Source of the DNA: Octopus vulgaris
Lineage: Eukaryota
DNA length: 64,000 bases
Assembly (NCBI GenBank): GCA_951406725.2
Contig: OX597820.1
Span: 82,150,001 to 82,214,000, forward strand
Reading direction: 5' to 3'
In this document: one piece after another, positions 11,605 through 24,324 of the stretch
How positions within the stretch are numbered: position 1 is the stretch's first letter
Layout of the letters: every line of letters starts with the position of its first letter
The notes under the pieces: model-generated
The model's input: the letters and a program-made list of their open reading frames with translations, nothing else
What the model was told of the DNA's origin: nothing
Databases searched by the model: none
Translations under genes and position numbers: made by a program

Positions 11605-13568
11605 AACGGGAAGGTTTACGAAAATAAACAAAAGACGAAGGTAGGTGGAGTACAAACAAACAAATGTATTTGTATGGCACTCAGGAATAGAAATAGAACA
11701 AGTCTTTTACGTTTCGAGCCTACGCTCTTCGACAGAAAGATACAAAGAAAAGAAACAAGGAGAGAAAACAATGCGTGTAGGAGCTAACGGTCCATAATGG
11801 CGTTCTGACTTCAGGCAGAAGTCAGAGGTCAGAGGTCAGACGTTAGTCGCTAGAGGGATAGTAGGGGAGATAACAGGGTCAAGTAACTTCACCCCAACAC
11901 GAAGGTGCGTGTGTGTATAAGAGAGTATGTATGTGCGTGTGAAAGAGGGCTGGTGGTCTGGACGTGTGTATGGGCGGTGTGCTGTGGGTGGTGTGTTGTG
12001 ATGTGATGTTTAATGTCGTATGGTGTAGTGTAGTGTGGTGTGATGTTGTGGGGAAGTGGGGGCGAGAGTGGGGAAAGCCCATGTGGGGTGTGAGTTCGGC
12101 TGAGGGTTGGGGTAGAGTGGGGGTTGTGGGAAGAGTGAGAGGGGAGAGAAGAGGGAGGAGGGGAGGAGGGGAGATGAGGGAAGAGAGGAGGAGAAAGGAG
12201 AGGAGGAGGAGGGGAGATGGAGAGGAGGGGGAGAGAAGGGGAGTGAGAGAGCAGAGAGAAAGTGAGAAGGGGAAGAGGGGAGAAGAAAGAAGAAAGAAGA
12301 AGAGGGAAGAAGGGAAAGAAGGGAAGAGGAGGGAAAGAGAGTAGGAGTGAAAAGATGAAGGACTGAAGAGAAGTAGGAGTCGGGGGGAATGTTAGATGAA
12401 AAGAGGGGGAGAGTTGAGCCCAAATGGCGTAAAAGAGCGAAGAGAGAAGATTAATCTCTGTTCACGGCGGAAGCGGGAATCCGGATGGCCTCTGTGCAAG
12501 GACAATCCGAACACAGACAGGTGTTGCAAGGAGTGACAAGTGGAGCGGAAATGGCGTGAGACTGGTGTGCCATTGGCGACACGGATGTCTCGGAGGTGTT
12601 CCGCGAACCGGTCAGCCAAGTGGCATCCCCTTTGTCCGATGTACAGTGAATGGCAGAGAGAGCAGGAGATGCAATAGATGATATTGCTGGAGGTGCAGGT
12701 GAAGGAGTCGATAATGCGATAGGGTCGATGATGGGTGTCGGTGAGGAGGGTGGTGTAAGAGAGGTATGGGCAAGTGCGGCAACGTGGGCGGGAGCAGGGG
12801 AACGAGCCAGGTTGGGAGGTATGGTCAGGGAAGAATCTGTGGACCAAGAGGTCTCGTAGGTTATGGGCTCGTTTGAAGGAGGGGAGGGGTCAGTTAGGGA
12901 AGAGGTGTGAAGTGGACAGGTCGGACTGGAGATGCCAGAAAGCTCGAAGAATGGTGCGTTGGAGTGGTAGGGTGGTTGGGTGGTAAGTGAGGGGAAAAGG
13001 GAGGCGGGAGACTGCAGGGCGGGTTCGGGGGTTAGAGAGCAGATGCACGGTCTACGGAACGTGTTCTGGCAAGGGCGGTGGAGATAGTGGTGAGGGGGTA
13101 TCCACGTAGGATGAAGTGGCGAGCCATGAGTTGAGACTGAGTCTCAAAGTCATGGTCGTCACTACAGAGCCTACGTAGACGGAGGAATTGGGAATAGGGG
13201 ATGGAAAGCTTGGTGTGTTTGGGGTGGGAGGAAGAGAAGTTTAGGTATGAGTGTGAGTCTGTGTTTGTAGTGAATGGAGGTGGTAAGAGTGGAGTGATGA
13301 ATGCTGACCGAAATGTCGAGGAAGGAGACAGAGGTGTTGGAGATAGTGGAGGTGAAGTGGAGGGCAGGATGGAAGGATTGAACGAAAGAGAGGAAGGAAT
13401 CTAGATGTTCACGGGAGAGTGAGGTGGCACCGATAATGTCGTCAATGTAACGACCGTATAGTTCGGGAGTGGGACCAGTGAAACTAGAGAATATTTGGGC
13501 CTCAACATAGCCAACGAACAGGTTCGCATAGTTGGGGCCCATTCGCGTTCCCATGGCCACTCCCGAGA
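11605..13568 (-). mobile_element. Penelope-like retroelement, 5'-truncated (RT C-half + GIY-YIG endonuclease + 3' region)
   Basis: RT motifs GVAMGTRMGPNYANLF and RYIDD; GIY-YIG region NIIYCISCSLCHSLYIG...RFAEH; frameshifted. Confidence 0.93.
11703..11740 (-). ncRNA. Minimal hammerhead motif at the PLE end, variant core CTGTCGA
   Basis: tcttt-CTGTCGA-a-gagc/gtag/gctc-GAAA-cg-TA-aaaga. Confidence 0.55.
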
Positions 13569-14339
13569 ATGTTGGTAGAACTCCTAGCACTATGACCCGG
13601 CATTGCCGGGTCTAGCTTTAGTGCTTGTTTTGTGCTAAATCCCTTTCTTTGTTTTCGGAAATTATGTTCGCCTTTCCATCGCATATGTTTTTTAATTCGT
13701 TTGACTGAACCTCTGCAGATTATGAGCCCACCCAGAAGTGCAGCTGCACTGGGTAATTAATCATCGAAAATTTGGCGGCTTTGTTGAAGATGAAGGGGAG
13801 CATGTTAGGAAATCGATAAAGACCATTATGAAAGAAAACCTTCACCAACAAAATTAAATGAATAATCAGGGCTGACAAAGTTTTCAAATTTCCTAGCGAG
13901 CGGAAAAAGGTAACTGGAAATAAATTCGCATCTCAATTTTCACTCGTATCTCAAAACACAAAAGCAGGAAATTTTACTTTGTATCTTAGGTCATTCGTAC
14001 CTCAAGTTAGGCAAAAAGAAAAGGTTACAGTCAATTTAAATGCGGAAACCCACAAGGAATAGTTTTATTGAGTTTCAACTGACTGATTGGCAATTTTGGT
14101 AAATTCAAATCAACTTAAGATTTCTTGTACCAAAAGGATCATCCTGATAACCATATGCTCCTGCTGTGTTGGTAGCAAATGATTTGGTCTTAGGCTGAAT
14201 GCAAACAAATAAACGTTTTTTATGAAGATATCCCTTGTGGGGTCAACTTACCCATTTTTCATTTTTAATCCTACTTGAATAATACATCCTGGGCTCTCAC
14301 TGGATAACTTGAATCAACTGAAAGCATAAAAGTAAAGCT

Positions 14340-14414
<75 letters not shown>

Positions 14415-14714
14415 TATATATCTATATATGAATATATATATATATACATATGTGTGTGTGTTGTGTGAAAATATGTATATGAATATATATATATAAATAT
14501 ATATGTGAATATATGTATCTGAATATATATATATATTTATATATATATATATGAATTTATATATATATATATTATATTAAATTAGAGATAAAACCACTAT
14601 TAGGCAAATCAAACAATGAAAAACTTAAGCCAATATATAAAATTAATTAATTTATATTATTTTAAATATATATCAAAATTATTAAAAGTTTATTTTATTT
14701 TATTTTTTATTTTA

Positions 14715-15375
14715 TTTAGTTTCAGCTCCATCCACCCCATGCAGGTCTCTTAGGTTCTTCGGGAGGATATTGAAGAGCTGTGGGCCTCGGAAGCCCAGGC
14801 TATCACAGTATCTTGTCCTACATCTTGATAGCAAATTTGGTATCCTTGGCACTATGCAGTGGCGCCCAGTTCTGGCATTTGTGTAACTCTCGATGCCAAA
14901 GTTTGGGACAAGTCCTTCTAGGATCTTCTAGATGTATATTATGGCATATCTTTCTCGCCTACGCTCTAAGGAATAGAGTCTCAATCTCTTGAGTCTTTCC
15001 CAATAGCTTATATGCTGCACAGAGGCTATCTTCTTCATGTAGCTTCGTTGGATCGCCTCAAGTTCTGTAATTAACTTGACACTGGATGGTGACCATAGCT
15101 GAGAGCAATAGTCAAAGTGGCTTAGGACAAGTGTCCACCAGAGGACCATCATGGTTTCCTGGTCTCTTGTTCTAAAGGTTCTAAGAATCCATCCGGTCAG
15201 CCGCCTACATTTCATTACCAATTTAGCAACATGCACATGAAAGGTTGCATCATCACTCATGTAAATACCCAGGTCTCGCACTGATTGTACCTCTGGGATT
15301 GCAATCCCTCCAGGTCCAGTGTATTTATTGGGTATTGCATTTAGTTTTGCATGCTGATAGTATAAAGCTTGAAAT
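14715..15375 (-). mobile_element. CR1-group LINE ORF2 3' fragment
   Basis: RDLGIYMSDD...FDYCSQLWSP...LEAIQR...LYSLERRRER. Confidence 0.88.
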
Positions 15376-15633
15376 ATGAATATGTATATATATAGATATA
15401 TATACGTATTTGTATAATAATAGTAGGGAATATAATTCCAAACTTACAGGAAAAAATTCAATTTAGCAATTCTAAATCAAATTTCACGATATATAATACA
15501 TGTATATAATCAAGAGAAATAACCTATATTAAGCAATTCAATAGTGAAAGACCTTATCTATACCATATAGATAAAATTTAAATATACTATGAAAAATATT
15601 ATTCAGAAAATCAATAAATTAAATAAACATTAA

Positions 15634-15737
15634 CTTGACTACGCGCGTTTCGTCATTATATCTTTAATTCGATAATAATAAAATCGATACTATTAAAATT
15701 AATTCGATTGAAAAATATAACCACTCTTCAGCTCTAA
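15634..15737 (-). ncRNA. Degenerate hammerhead motif
   Basis: CTGAAGA-gtggttatat...atataatgac-GAAA-cgcgcg-TA; palindromic stem III, stem I eroded. Confidence 0.45.
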
Positions 15738-15766
15738 AATAATAAAATGAATGCATGTATCTTAAC

Positions 15767-15888
15767 ATGTAATAATTAACAAATAAATGTAGATATATAC
15801 GTATCGTAACAATAAATAATCGAATAAAATTTAATATATTTATTGTTACGATACGTATATTTCTATATTTATTTGTTAATTATTATAT
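15767..15888. repeat. AT-rich inverted repeat (~50-bp arms)
   Basis: atatacgtatcgtaacaataaata / tatttattgttacgatacgtatat. Confidence 0.8.
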
Positions 15889-15913
15889 TTATATATTAAC
15901 TTGGCGATAACTA

Positions 15914-15952
<39 letters not shown>

Positions 15953-15957
15953 ATATG

Positions 15958-16004
<47 letters not shown>

Positions 16005-16169
16005 ATATGTGAATATATATATGCATATATATGTATATATGAATACATATATATATGAATATATATATATGAATATATATATATATGAATACAGATATAT
16101 ATATATGAATATATATATATATATGAATATATATATGAATGCATATATATATATTCATATGATTGATTC

Positions 16170-16362
16170 TAGTTTCAGCTCACGAGCTGCGGCCATGCTG
16201 GGGCACCGCCATTTGGTGTTGCTACATGGTTTTACTTCACGAATGCTTCTTAGCAACTGCCATTTGGTGCATGAGAGAGTTCGATGCAGCTGCCCTCATC
16301 TGCACCTCCTGCCGTGAAGTTGGTTCATCTGGGATACCTGACAATAAGAGATCCAGTTTCAC
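16170..16362 (-). mobile_element. CR1-group LINE extreme 3' end
   Basis: [12 protein letters not shown] peptide, then tail gcggtgccccagcatggccgcagctcgtgagctgaaactag. Confidence 0.7.
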
Positions 16363-16609
16363 TTTTCACATATATATATATGAATGCATATATATATGAA
16401 TATATATATATGAATATACATATATATATATACATATATATGAATATATATATATATACATATATATGAATATATATATATATACATATATATGAATATA
16501 TATATATATACATATATATGAAATATATATATATATACATATATATGAATATATATATATATATATGAATATATTATATATATATATATATGATATATAT
16601 ATATATATA

Positions 16610-16658
<49 letters not shown>

Positions 16659-16691
16659 TATATATATATGATATATATATATATATATATA

Positions 16692-16745
<54 letters not shown>

Positions 16746-16747
16746 TA

Positions 16748-16950
16748 GGCGCAGGAGTGGCTGTGTGGTAAGTAGGTTGCTTACGAACCACATGGTTCTG
16801 GGTTTAATTCCCACTGCGTAGCAACTTGGGCATGTGTCTTCTACTATAGCTTCGGGCCGACGAAAGCCTTGTGAGTAGATTTGGTAGACGGAAACTGAAA
16901 GAAGCCCGTCGTATATATGTATATATATATATATATATGTATGTGCGTGT
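16748..16950 (+). mobile_element. SINE family A 5' half
   Basis: Head up to the (TA)n linker. Confidence 0.85.
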
Positions 16951-17019
16951 ATATATATATATAACCTAACCTCAATTCTCCTTAATTAGACATGATTATA
17001 GAGTACCAACTAATAATTC

Positions 17020-17420
17020 TATTTGTAATTCCTAAACCCGAATACTTGTGAGGTAGAAGGAAACTGTAAAGTGAAAAATTTAGTATACCAAGCAACAATT
17101 ATTACCTATAATCTCTCTAAATTTACGTAGATCGTGCGTACACAAAATTCTTTCAAATTGAGATTACATAATCATATCTCATCCTTTATTGACCCTGGAA
17201 TGAAAATAGCACAGATCTATTCGAAAAGATTTGGCAACTGACAAGCAGCAAATTAGATTACTCGATTTCTTGAAAAATTCTTTGTTCATATGTATCCCAT
17301 TGGCATAATAACAGGATCTGCAAATTATGTCTCGAAGAAATTCACAAAATAATGAAAATGAACGATTTTCTTGTAAATTCGAGAGATGAAAAAGTTTTTC
17401 TTGCAGACATATGTCAAAAT
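17020..17420 (+). mobile_element. Degraded PLE GIY-YIG endonuclease fragment
   Basis: CEVEGNCKVKNLVYQATI...SFKLRLHNHISSF...CKLCLEE...LVNSRDE (frameshifted). Confidence 0.75.
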
Positions 17421-18453
17421 TCATCTTTTTTAATCTTAAATAATCTTTCCACCCACCTACCTTAACTACTTTCATCTTATTCCTTCTCTTTATAATTCAG
17501 TTTTTTGTATAATACCTTTCTTTACATTATTACTACTTACGTATATGATTTCTATTCTTTAATACACTCTATTTTAATTATCTTACACTATTTGGTTATT
17601 CATATGTTATTCTACCATTCTTCCATATATTGTATGACTTCGTTTTATGAATTAAAAACCTATACCAAATATTCATACACCTTCTCTTTCTCAATATATA
17701 TTTTTAGACAATCTTTAGACCAGTATTTAATATACACACATATATATATACATTATTCATATGTAATCTATTGCCTATCTGTATGATGCTTTTTATTTTT
17801 TACTATTGATATATGCAAACAACTTCTAATACTTTTTAGTGAACTATTTTGGCCTTATATATCTTTTTTTATTATCCTTTCCCCCTTATAAGTTACCTAT
17901 TCCATTTGTATAATATGTATTTTTTTTTAAAACTACCTCTCTTAACTATCCCATTTTTTCTTAATTTTTAAAATTATTTTGTGTCTTACAAATCTACCTA
18001 CATTAATCAAAATCTTACAGATGATATGTGCTTATTCTAAGTGCACAACAGTAATTCTAAGTGCACAACAATCACTTCCACTAAATGTACACATTCTCAT
18101 AGATATAGTTTATTTACCGTTTTGGTTATGCGTATAAATAGATTTATAGTATTTCCACATTCTTTTCTCTTTATTAATATTAATATTTTTATTTTTCTAT
18201 AATAATTATTATTATTACTACTTCTATCGTCTTTTCAACTTTATATTAACACCGTTTAATATAATTAATAGATTACATATTATATTCTATATTTCACTTA
18301 TAAAACTTATAAACTTTATACATATATGAATGTCATATGTTATCCATATTATTATACAAATGTATATGGATGTACATATGTGTGTATACATCTGCATATG
18401 CACACATGCGTATATATGAGTATATATGTTCATATATATATTTGAGTGTATAC

Positions 18454-18519
<66 letters not shown>

Positions 18520-18528
18520 AAAAAATTA

Positions 18529-18691
18529 ACAGAATGAGATAAAAGTCCAAGCCTGAGAAAGATTTTAGAACATTTATAAATATGTCTTACAGCTGTTTCC
18601 GGGATATATAAAATATCCCGGAATCAGCTGTAAGATCTATTTATAAATGTTCTGAAATCTTTCACAGCTTTGGATTTTTATCTCATTCTGT
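18529..18691. repeat. Palindrome (~80-bp arms) abutting a PLE fragment
   Basis: Centre ccgggatat-ataaa-atatcccgg; contains half-hammerhead gaaacagctgtaagac on the minus strand. Confidence 0.88.
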
Positions 18692-18699
18692 AATATGTA

Positions 18700-19880
18700 A
18701 GACTAAAAACGTAGTTTAACAATGTGTCGTACACACAAATAGCCATATAAAATGCTATATAGGAACCACGAAAAATCAAATGATACTTATGTTACATTGC
18801 ACACAAGCCTAGCTTCAGAGATAGGAGTAAGGCAAATTCAACAGGGTTTAATAGCTATACCTGGGAGCTTAAGGACAAAAAATAGAATATAGATTAGAAT
18901 GGCGCATACTTGCAAAAACTACTTCTTACAACTCTACCAATAGACGGTGCGATCTCTGTTTAACCGAACGCCTGGAAATTCTAACGGCTAAACCACCTCC
19001 TCTTAATAGAAAATATGAGAACGGTAATTTTTGTCTACATATAGGCCCCTTTGTCTTTTCCAAGTATTGGTAAACTCGCTTGACTCTTTACAAATCCTAC
19101 GTTAGCATCTTCATCTAAATAATCCCATTTAGCCGGGAACCACTTAAACTACTTACACGCAAACATTCACCTCCCAACCCTCACTCGCTTTACACGCCCC
19201 ATAATAAATTATTTTACGTCTACAGAGGGCTTCCTCCATTACTACGAACTTCCTACAACTTCAAGTCCAAAAGGCACATAAATTTCTTACTCATCCCGGA
19301 TTGAGTAATCCAGATAGAGTTAGCTCCCTTTTCACCATGATTTAGAGTTAAACCCCTTTCTTTACACCGCCGGGGGAAAGTCTAACTAGATTAAACACGT
19401 GGAAAATATGCACTTACTTAAACTTGGGACTACAGATCAAAATAACCTCCATCCTACATCCACTTCGCAGCACAATTATCAACTAAGAAACATACTATAA
19501 TGTAAGACTCACCATTCTTTGTCTTTAATCTTGTTACCAATGTATCCCTATGTTTTTCACTCTTCTTACCTCTACATATGACTCTGCATTCTGATGATGT
19601 CTACCACAAACACTGGTAAACAGAAACGATCGTAAATGCACTATTACGACCAATTTTCTTTATTAATTAATTAAATTAATGGCTTACTAGTGCAAATGAC
19701 CAGCTTCTTCCAGTTATTGTTCCGCCATTTTCTTCTTGCTTATAATTTAAACGACGGTTTACCCGCTGATTTACCTGCTACCTTATACCTTTTACCAAGG
19801 ACTATACCTACGCAGGTAATCACCAGGAGTGCCTTTGGATTTAACCACCCCTTAGAGGTTTTAAACACCTCTAACTTATA
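18700..19880 (+). mobile_element. PLE 3' fragment (GIY-YIG C-terminus + 3' region with hammerhead)
   Basis: SFRDRSKANST...WELKD...WRILAKTTSYNSTNRRCDLCLTERLEIL. Confidence 0.75.
19585..19640 (+). ncRNA. Type I hammerhead ribozyme motif (canonical core)
   Basis: tgcatt-CTGATGA-tgtctacca/caaacac/tggtaaaca-GAAA-cgatcg-TA-aatgca; palindromic stem III ACGATCGT. Confidence 0.78.
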
Positions 19881-20414
19881 CCTATATACATATGTGTGTG
19901 TGTGTGTGTGTATACATGCATATATGGGTACAGGACGTCACCAACGGTTCAAACAACATGAAATATGTAAACAGGCGGGTTAAATGCATAAACAACGAGA
20001 AAAAATGGAGAACGGGACAAGTAAACACAGAGAAATGGCCCTTCATCAGTTGCCAGCTGTTTATCTACTCATTTCGAGCATTCTAGAACAATATGAGTTT
20101 TCAAAAACAGTTGCTCCCATAAATTCTAAAATAAAATTCATGATTTAAGGAAGGTCAAAGTTGAGAACAAAAACATGACAGTGGAGACATACAAAGAAAC
20201 CGAACGAAAACAATCATGGAGGGTCGTTAGACCAGAATGAGAGGAAAATAGTGAACGGTGTGAGAAATATCTTTTGAAAAGAGAAAAGATACAAGAGAGA
20301 GAAAAAATGTCCACTCTTTTGAACATCCGTGCAGGAAAAGGGAGATAGACGATGTTCACGTATATGTGTGTCTGTGTGTCCTCAGTGTATCTTATATCCA
20401 AAAAAGTACGCTCT

Positions 20415-21283
20415 AAAGCATAGAGCTGTAATATATTTATATGCAGTTAAATATATGTCTGGTCATAGAGTGGATGATGGTTATACATCCATAAAGCACT
20501 TAGGTCAATGGATAACTTGTCAGACTCTAATGGCGAAAGCCAAATAGCCCTTCAAACTGCGGAGGTAGAAATCCGTTATGGTAAGTTAGTTTGCAAAGGA
20601 TAAACAATCCGGGGTGGTGAAGACGGGTTATTTCCCTTAGACCAGTCATTTGGCAGTTCATATTGGCTAAAATGGTGAATGGGGAATTCTGTCCTTCGTT
20701 TGTTTGTAGCTCGGAGTTTTTCGGATCTAATTGATGAATGGGGAAACCTATACTTGCAGTAGATAGCATTTGGAATGAATGCAGGGACTATAAATCTCAT
20801 TTTGGGAATTTAATAATCCGTGTTTTGTGGGGCCTTTGAGGATCCTTGCTCGCTCAGCTATGCAAAGCTTGCAGCGTCCGCTCCCGTTGATATAGGATCC
20901 CGGCTTCTCTATGATCCTCCACTTGATACTATATGGGGTCCTTTCGTCTTTAAGGCCCCACACGTGGTTGACCAGGGACGTGACGATTCATCTTACCGGA
21001 ATCCTGAAAGAGGAGCCGTAGCTGTGCAGGCACCACTTGGAAGCAATTCCAACTGACCCGATATATTTCCAGACTTAAGTGCTGGTTGTTTTCACATCTC
21101 TGGTGCATCTTCCGTTGGCTCCGAGTCTGGAGATGTTGTTGTTGCCATTGTTGTTATTGGGACTGTTATTTAGAAGCGTGGGTCTGGCGATATCGTTGTG
21201 GCTGTCGTTGTAGTAGTAATCCCTGGCCGTTGTGTTGGAGTTGCTGCTGCACCGATGGTAATGTGGCTGCCATCATTGGTAAT
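20415..21283 (-). mobile_element. PLE GIY-YIG fragment, interrupted by a SINE B
   Basis: KYIGS...SSFR...WGLKDERTPYSIKWRIIEK...RCKLCIAERARIL...LLNSQNEI. Confidence 0.8.
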
Positions 21284-21293
21284 ACTAGGCATG

Positions 21294-21675
21294 ATGGAGG
21301 CGCAATGGCCCAGTGGTTAGGGCAGCGGACTCGCGGTCATAGGATCGCGGTTTCGATTCCCAGACCGGGCGTTGTGAGTGTTTATTGAGCGAAAACACCT
21401 AAAGCTCCACGAGGTTCCAGCTGGTGGTGATCCCTGCTGTACTCTTTCACCACAACTTTCTCTCACTCTTACATCCTGTTTCTGTTGTACCTGTATTTCA
21501 AAGGGCCGGCCTTGTCACTCTCTGTGTCACGCTGAATATCCCCGAGAACTACGTTAATGGTACACGTGTCTGTGGAGTGCTCAGCCACTTGCACGTTAAT
21601 TTCACGAGCAGGCTGTTCCGTTGATTCGGATCAACCGGAACCCTCGTCGTCGTAACCGACGGAGTGCTTCCATCC
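21294..21675 (+). mobile_element. SINE family B, full length, 10-bp TSD
   Basis: TSD actaggcatg at 21284-21293 and 21676-21685; tRNA-like head. Confidence 0.92.
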
Positions 21676-21869
21676 ACTAGGCATGGGACCAGTCACGTGC
21701 CCAGTATACATATATATATATCTCAAATCATTCCTGGTTATAGATATATAACCATGCCAACTGATAAATTCATGACCAACTGCCATGAATTTATCAGCAA
21801 CATAAAATTTTATTTGTTTTGTCAGATGAAGTAGAGTTGCACAAAACAAAGCACAGATGGGCCAGAAAA

Positions 21870-22225
21870 TCCTTTAGCAATTCCCAACTCATGTTTCATG
21901 GTTTAGTCTCACTGCGTGACACCTTTGGCAAATGTACTCTACTATAGCCTCTGGCTGACCAAAGCCTTGCGAGCAGATTTGGGAAATGGAAACTGAAAGA
22001 AGCCCATCACATGCGTGCGTCCGTGTGTGTTTGACCACCGCTTGACAACTGGTGTTGGTGTGTTTACGTCCCTGTAAGTTAGCGGTGGTTCAGCATAAGA
22101 GAACGATAGAATAAGTACCAGGCTTTAAAACAAAAATAAAGTACTAGGGTCGATTCATTTGACAAAAAATTCTTCAAGGCAGTGTCCCATTATGGCTGCA
22201 GTCTAATAACTAAAATAAGCAAAAG
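21870..22225 (+). mobile_element. Old SINE family A copy
   Basis: Diverged similarity. Confidence 0.7.
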
Positions 22226-22827
22226 ATAATGTTGTGGCCTCAATTTATTTATAATTACCTTTACTTAGTCAATATACAGTTTTGTGAGTTATGTTTCAAT
22301 TAAAATGAAATTAAGTGTGTTTTGTTTGAGTTCATTTGAATTATTTTACCGCCCGTCCCCGTACACACACACACACACACACACAAAGCACAAACATGGT
22401 TGTACGGTTAAGAAGTTTGCTTTGGAACCACATGGTTCGAGTTTCAGTCCAACTGTGTGGACACTATTGGTTCATATATATTTGGAGCGAATGGCAAAAC
22501 AAGAAAAAGTAGCACTCGATACATTTGTTACAAGTTACCTATATTTTTAATAAAATTTTATTCACCTCCATACGACGTAAAGTTTTGTGGATGCCCAATA
22601 CACGTCCATCTCATCAGCTCTTATGAAAAGAGTGACAAATTTGAGACAAATTTAAGATGACTTCTAGATACTATATGTAATACTTTAATATTCATCACTT
22701 CATCGGTAATTGAAATCCAAATAAATGTTTAGATTTCAACTGCCGATGAAATGATAGATACTTATTCTATAAACGTATAATAGATCTTTTATGGAAAAAC
22801 ATGTACAATAGTTATTTAAATATTTTA

Positions 22828-23490
22828 GGCGCAGGCTTGGCTTTGAGGTAAGGAGTTTGCTTTTCAACCATATGGTTCCAGGTTCAGTCCCACGGTGTGA
22901 CACCTTGGATGAATGTCTTCTACTATAGTCCAGGACCGATCAAAGTCTTATCAGTGGATTTGGTAGACAGAAACTGGAAGAAGCCCATCGTGTATATATA
23001 TATAAGCATGTGTGTACGTGTGAGTGAGGGTGTGTGTTTCTGTGTTTGTCCCCACCACCACCTCTTGACAACCGGTGATTTGTTTACGTCCCATAACTTA
23101 GCGCTTCGGCAAAAGAGACCGGTCAAAAATATACCGAGCTTTAACAACAGTAAGTACTGCGGTCGACTAGAATCCTTCAAGTGAGTACCTCAGCATGGCT
23201 GCAGTCCAATGACCGAAACAAGATTATATATATATAGGCGCAGGCGTGGCTGTGTGGTAATAAGTTGCATTCACAGTCACATGGTTCCAGGTTCAGTCCC
23301 ACCGTGTGGTGCCTTGTACAAGTGTCTTCTACTATAGCCTCGGGCCAACCAATGCCTTGTGAGCGGATTTGGTAGACGAAAACTGTAAGAAGCTCTTTGT
23401 TTGACCTTGTTTGTCCCCTCTATGTTTAGCTCCCTGTGGGCAGTAACGAAATAGGAAACTGCAAGAAGCCCGTGGTATATATGTATGTAC
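22828..23490 (+). mobile_element. Two tandem SINE family A copies (22828-23222, 23237-23490)
   Basis: Heads ggcgcagg at 22828 and 23237. Confidence 0.8.
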
Positions 23491-23841
23491 CCAATTTGAC
23501 TGAAATACTTAAAAAGAATGTATTACAATACCAACACAAGGGAAGTAACAACTGTCCAAGTGATTACTTAATTACCTCCCTTCTGTGTATTCTCTTCTGT
23601 ATTTTACACTACCTGTTGATGAGGGCGAATCTTGTGAAATTTCACACAGCCGAATGCCAAAATAAAGACAACGTTCCCACCATTTTTACGTCCAGCATTT
23701 AAAAATGCACAAATTATCCACCAATGCTGTGTTGCATGCTCATTTTCATTGTTCACCACTATCGTGTATATATATATATATATGTTGTCTCTTTTTGTAT
23801 CACCTAGCTGTCCGGATGTTTTGCGTTCTTGTCCCATTTCG

Positions 23842-23880
<39 letters not shown>

Positions 23881-24061
23881 TAACGGCGCACGGGTCAATG
23901 ATAAAACTCCCGATTTGAACCTTGTAAGTTGGGGGGGGGGAGTCTTATAAGTAAGGGTGTTTTATAGTCAAGTATATACAGTAAGTGCATACATATGTAC
24001 AGTTATGTAAGAACCCAATTAAGTAAGCATATAAGCACGTGTGGGAAAACTTGCATAGGTA

Positions 24062-24280
24062 TACTCTTTGCTCTTTTACTTGCTTCAGTCATTTGACTGC
24101 GGCCATGCTGGAGCACCGCCTTAAATCGAGCAACTCGACCCCGGGACTTATTCTTTTGTAAGCCCAGTACTTATTCTATCGGTCTCTTTTGCTGAACCGC
24201 TAAGAAACGGGGACATAAACACACCAGCATCGGTTGTCAAGCAAGCTAGGGAGACAATCACAGACACACAAACACACACA

Positions 24281-24324
<44 letters not shown>

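Noticed and set aside
11964-12423. Arg/Glu-rich and Ser/Pro-rich ORFs
   Set aside because: Purine/pyrimidine low-complexity tract within the PLE 3' region
20030-20090. CTGATGA and GAAA on the minus strand as a type II hammerhead
   Set aside because: Stems I and III cannot be formed convincingly
21294-21370. tRNA gene
   Set aside because: It is the tRNA-derived head of a SINE with body, tail and TSD; the same holds for SINE A heads
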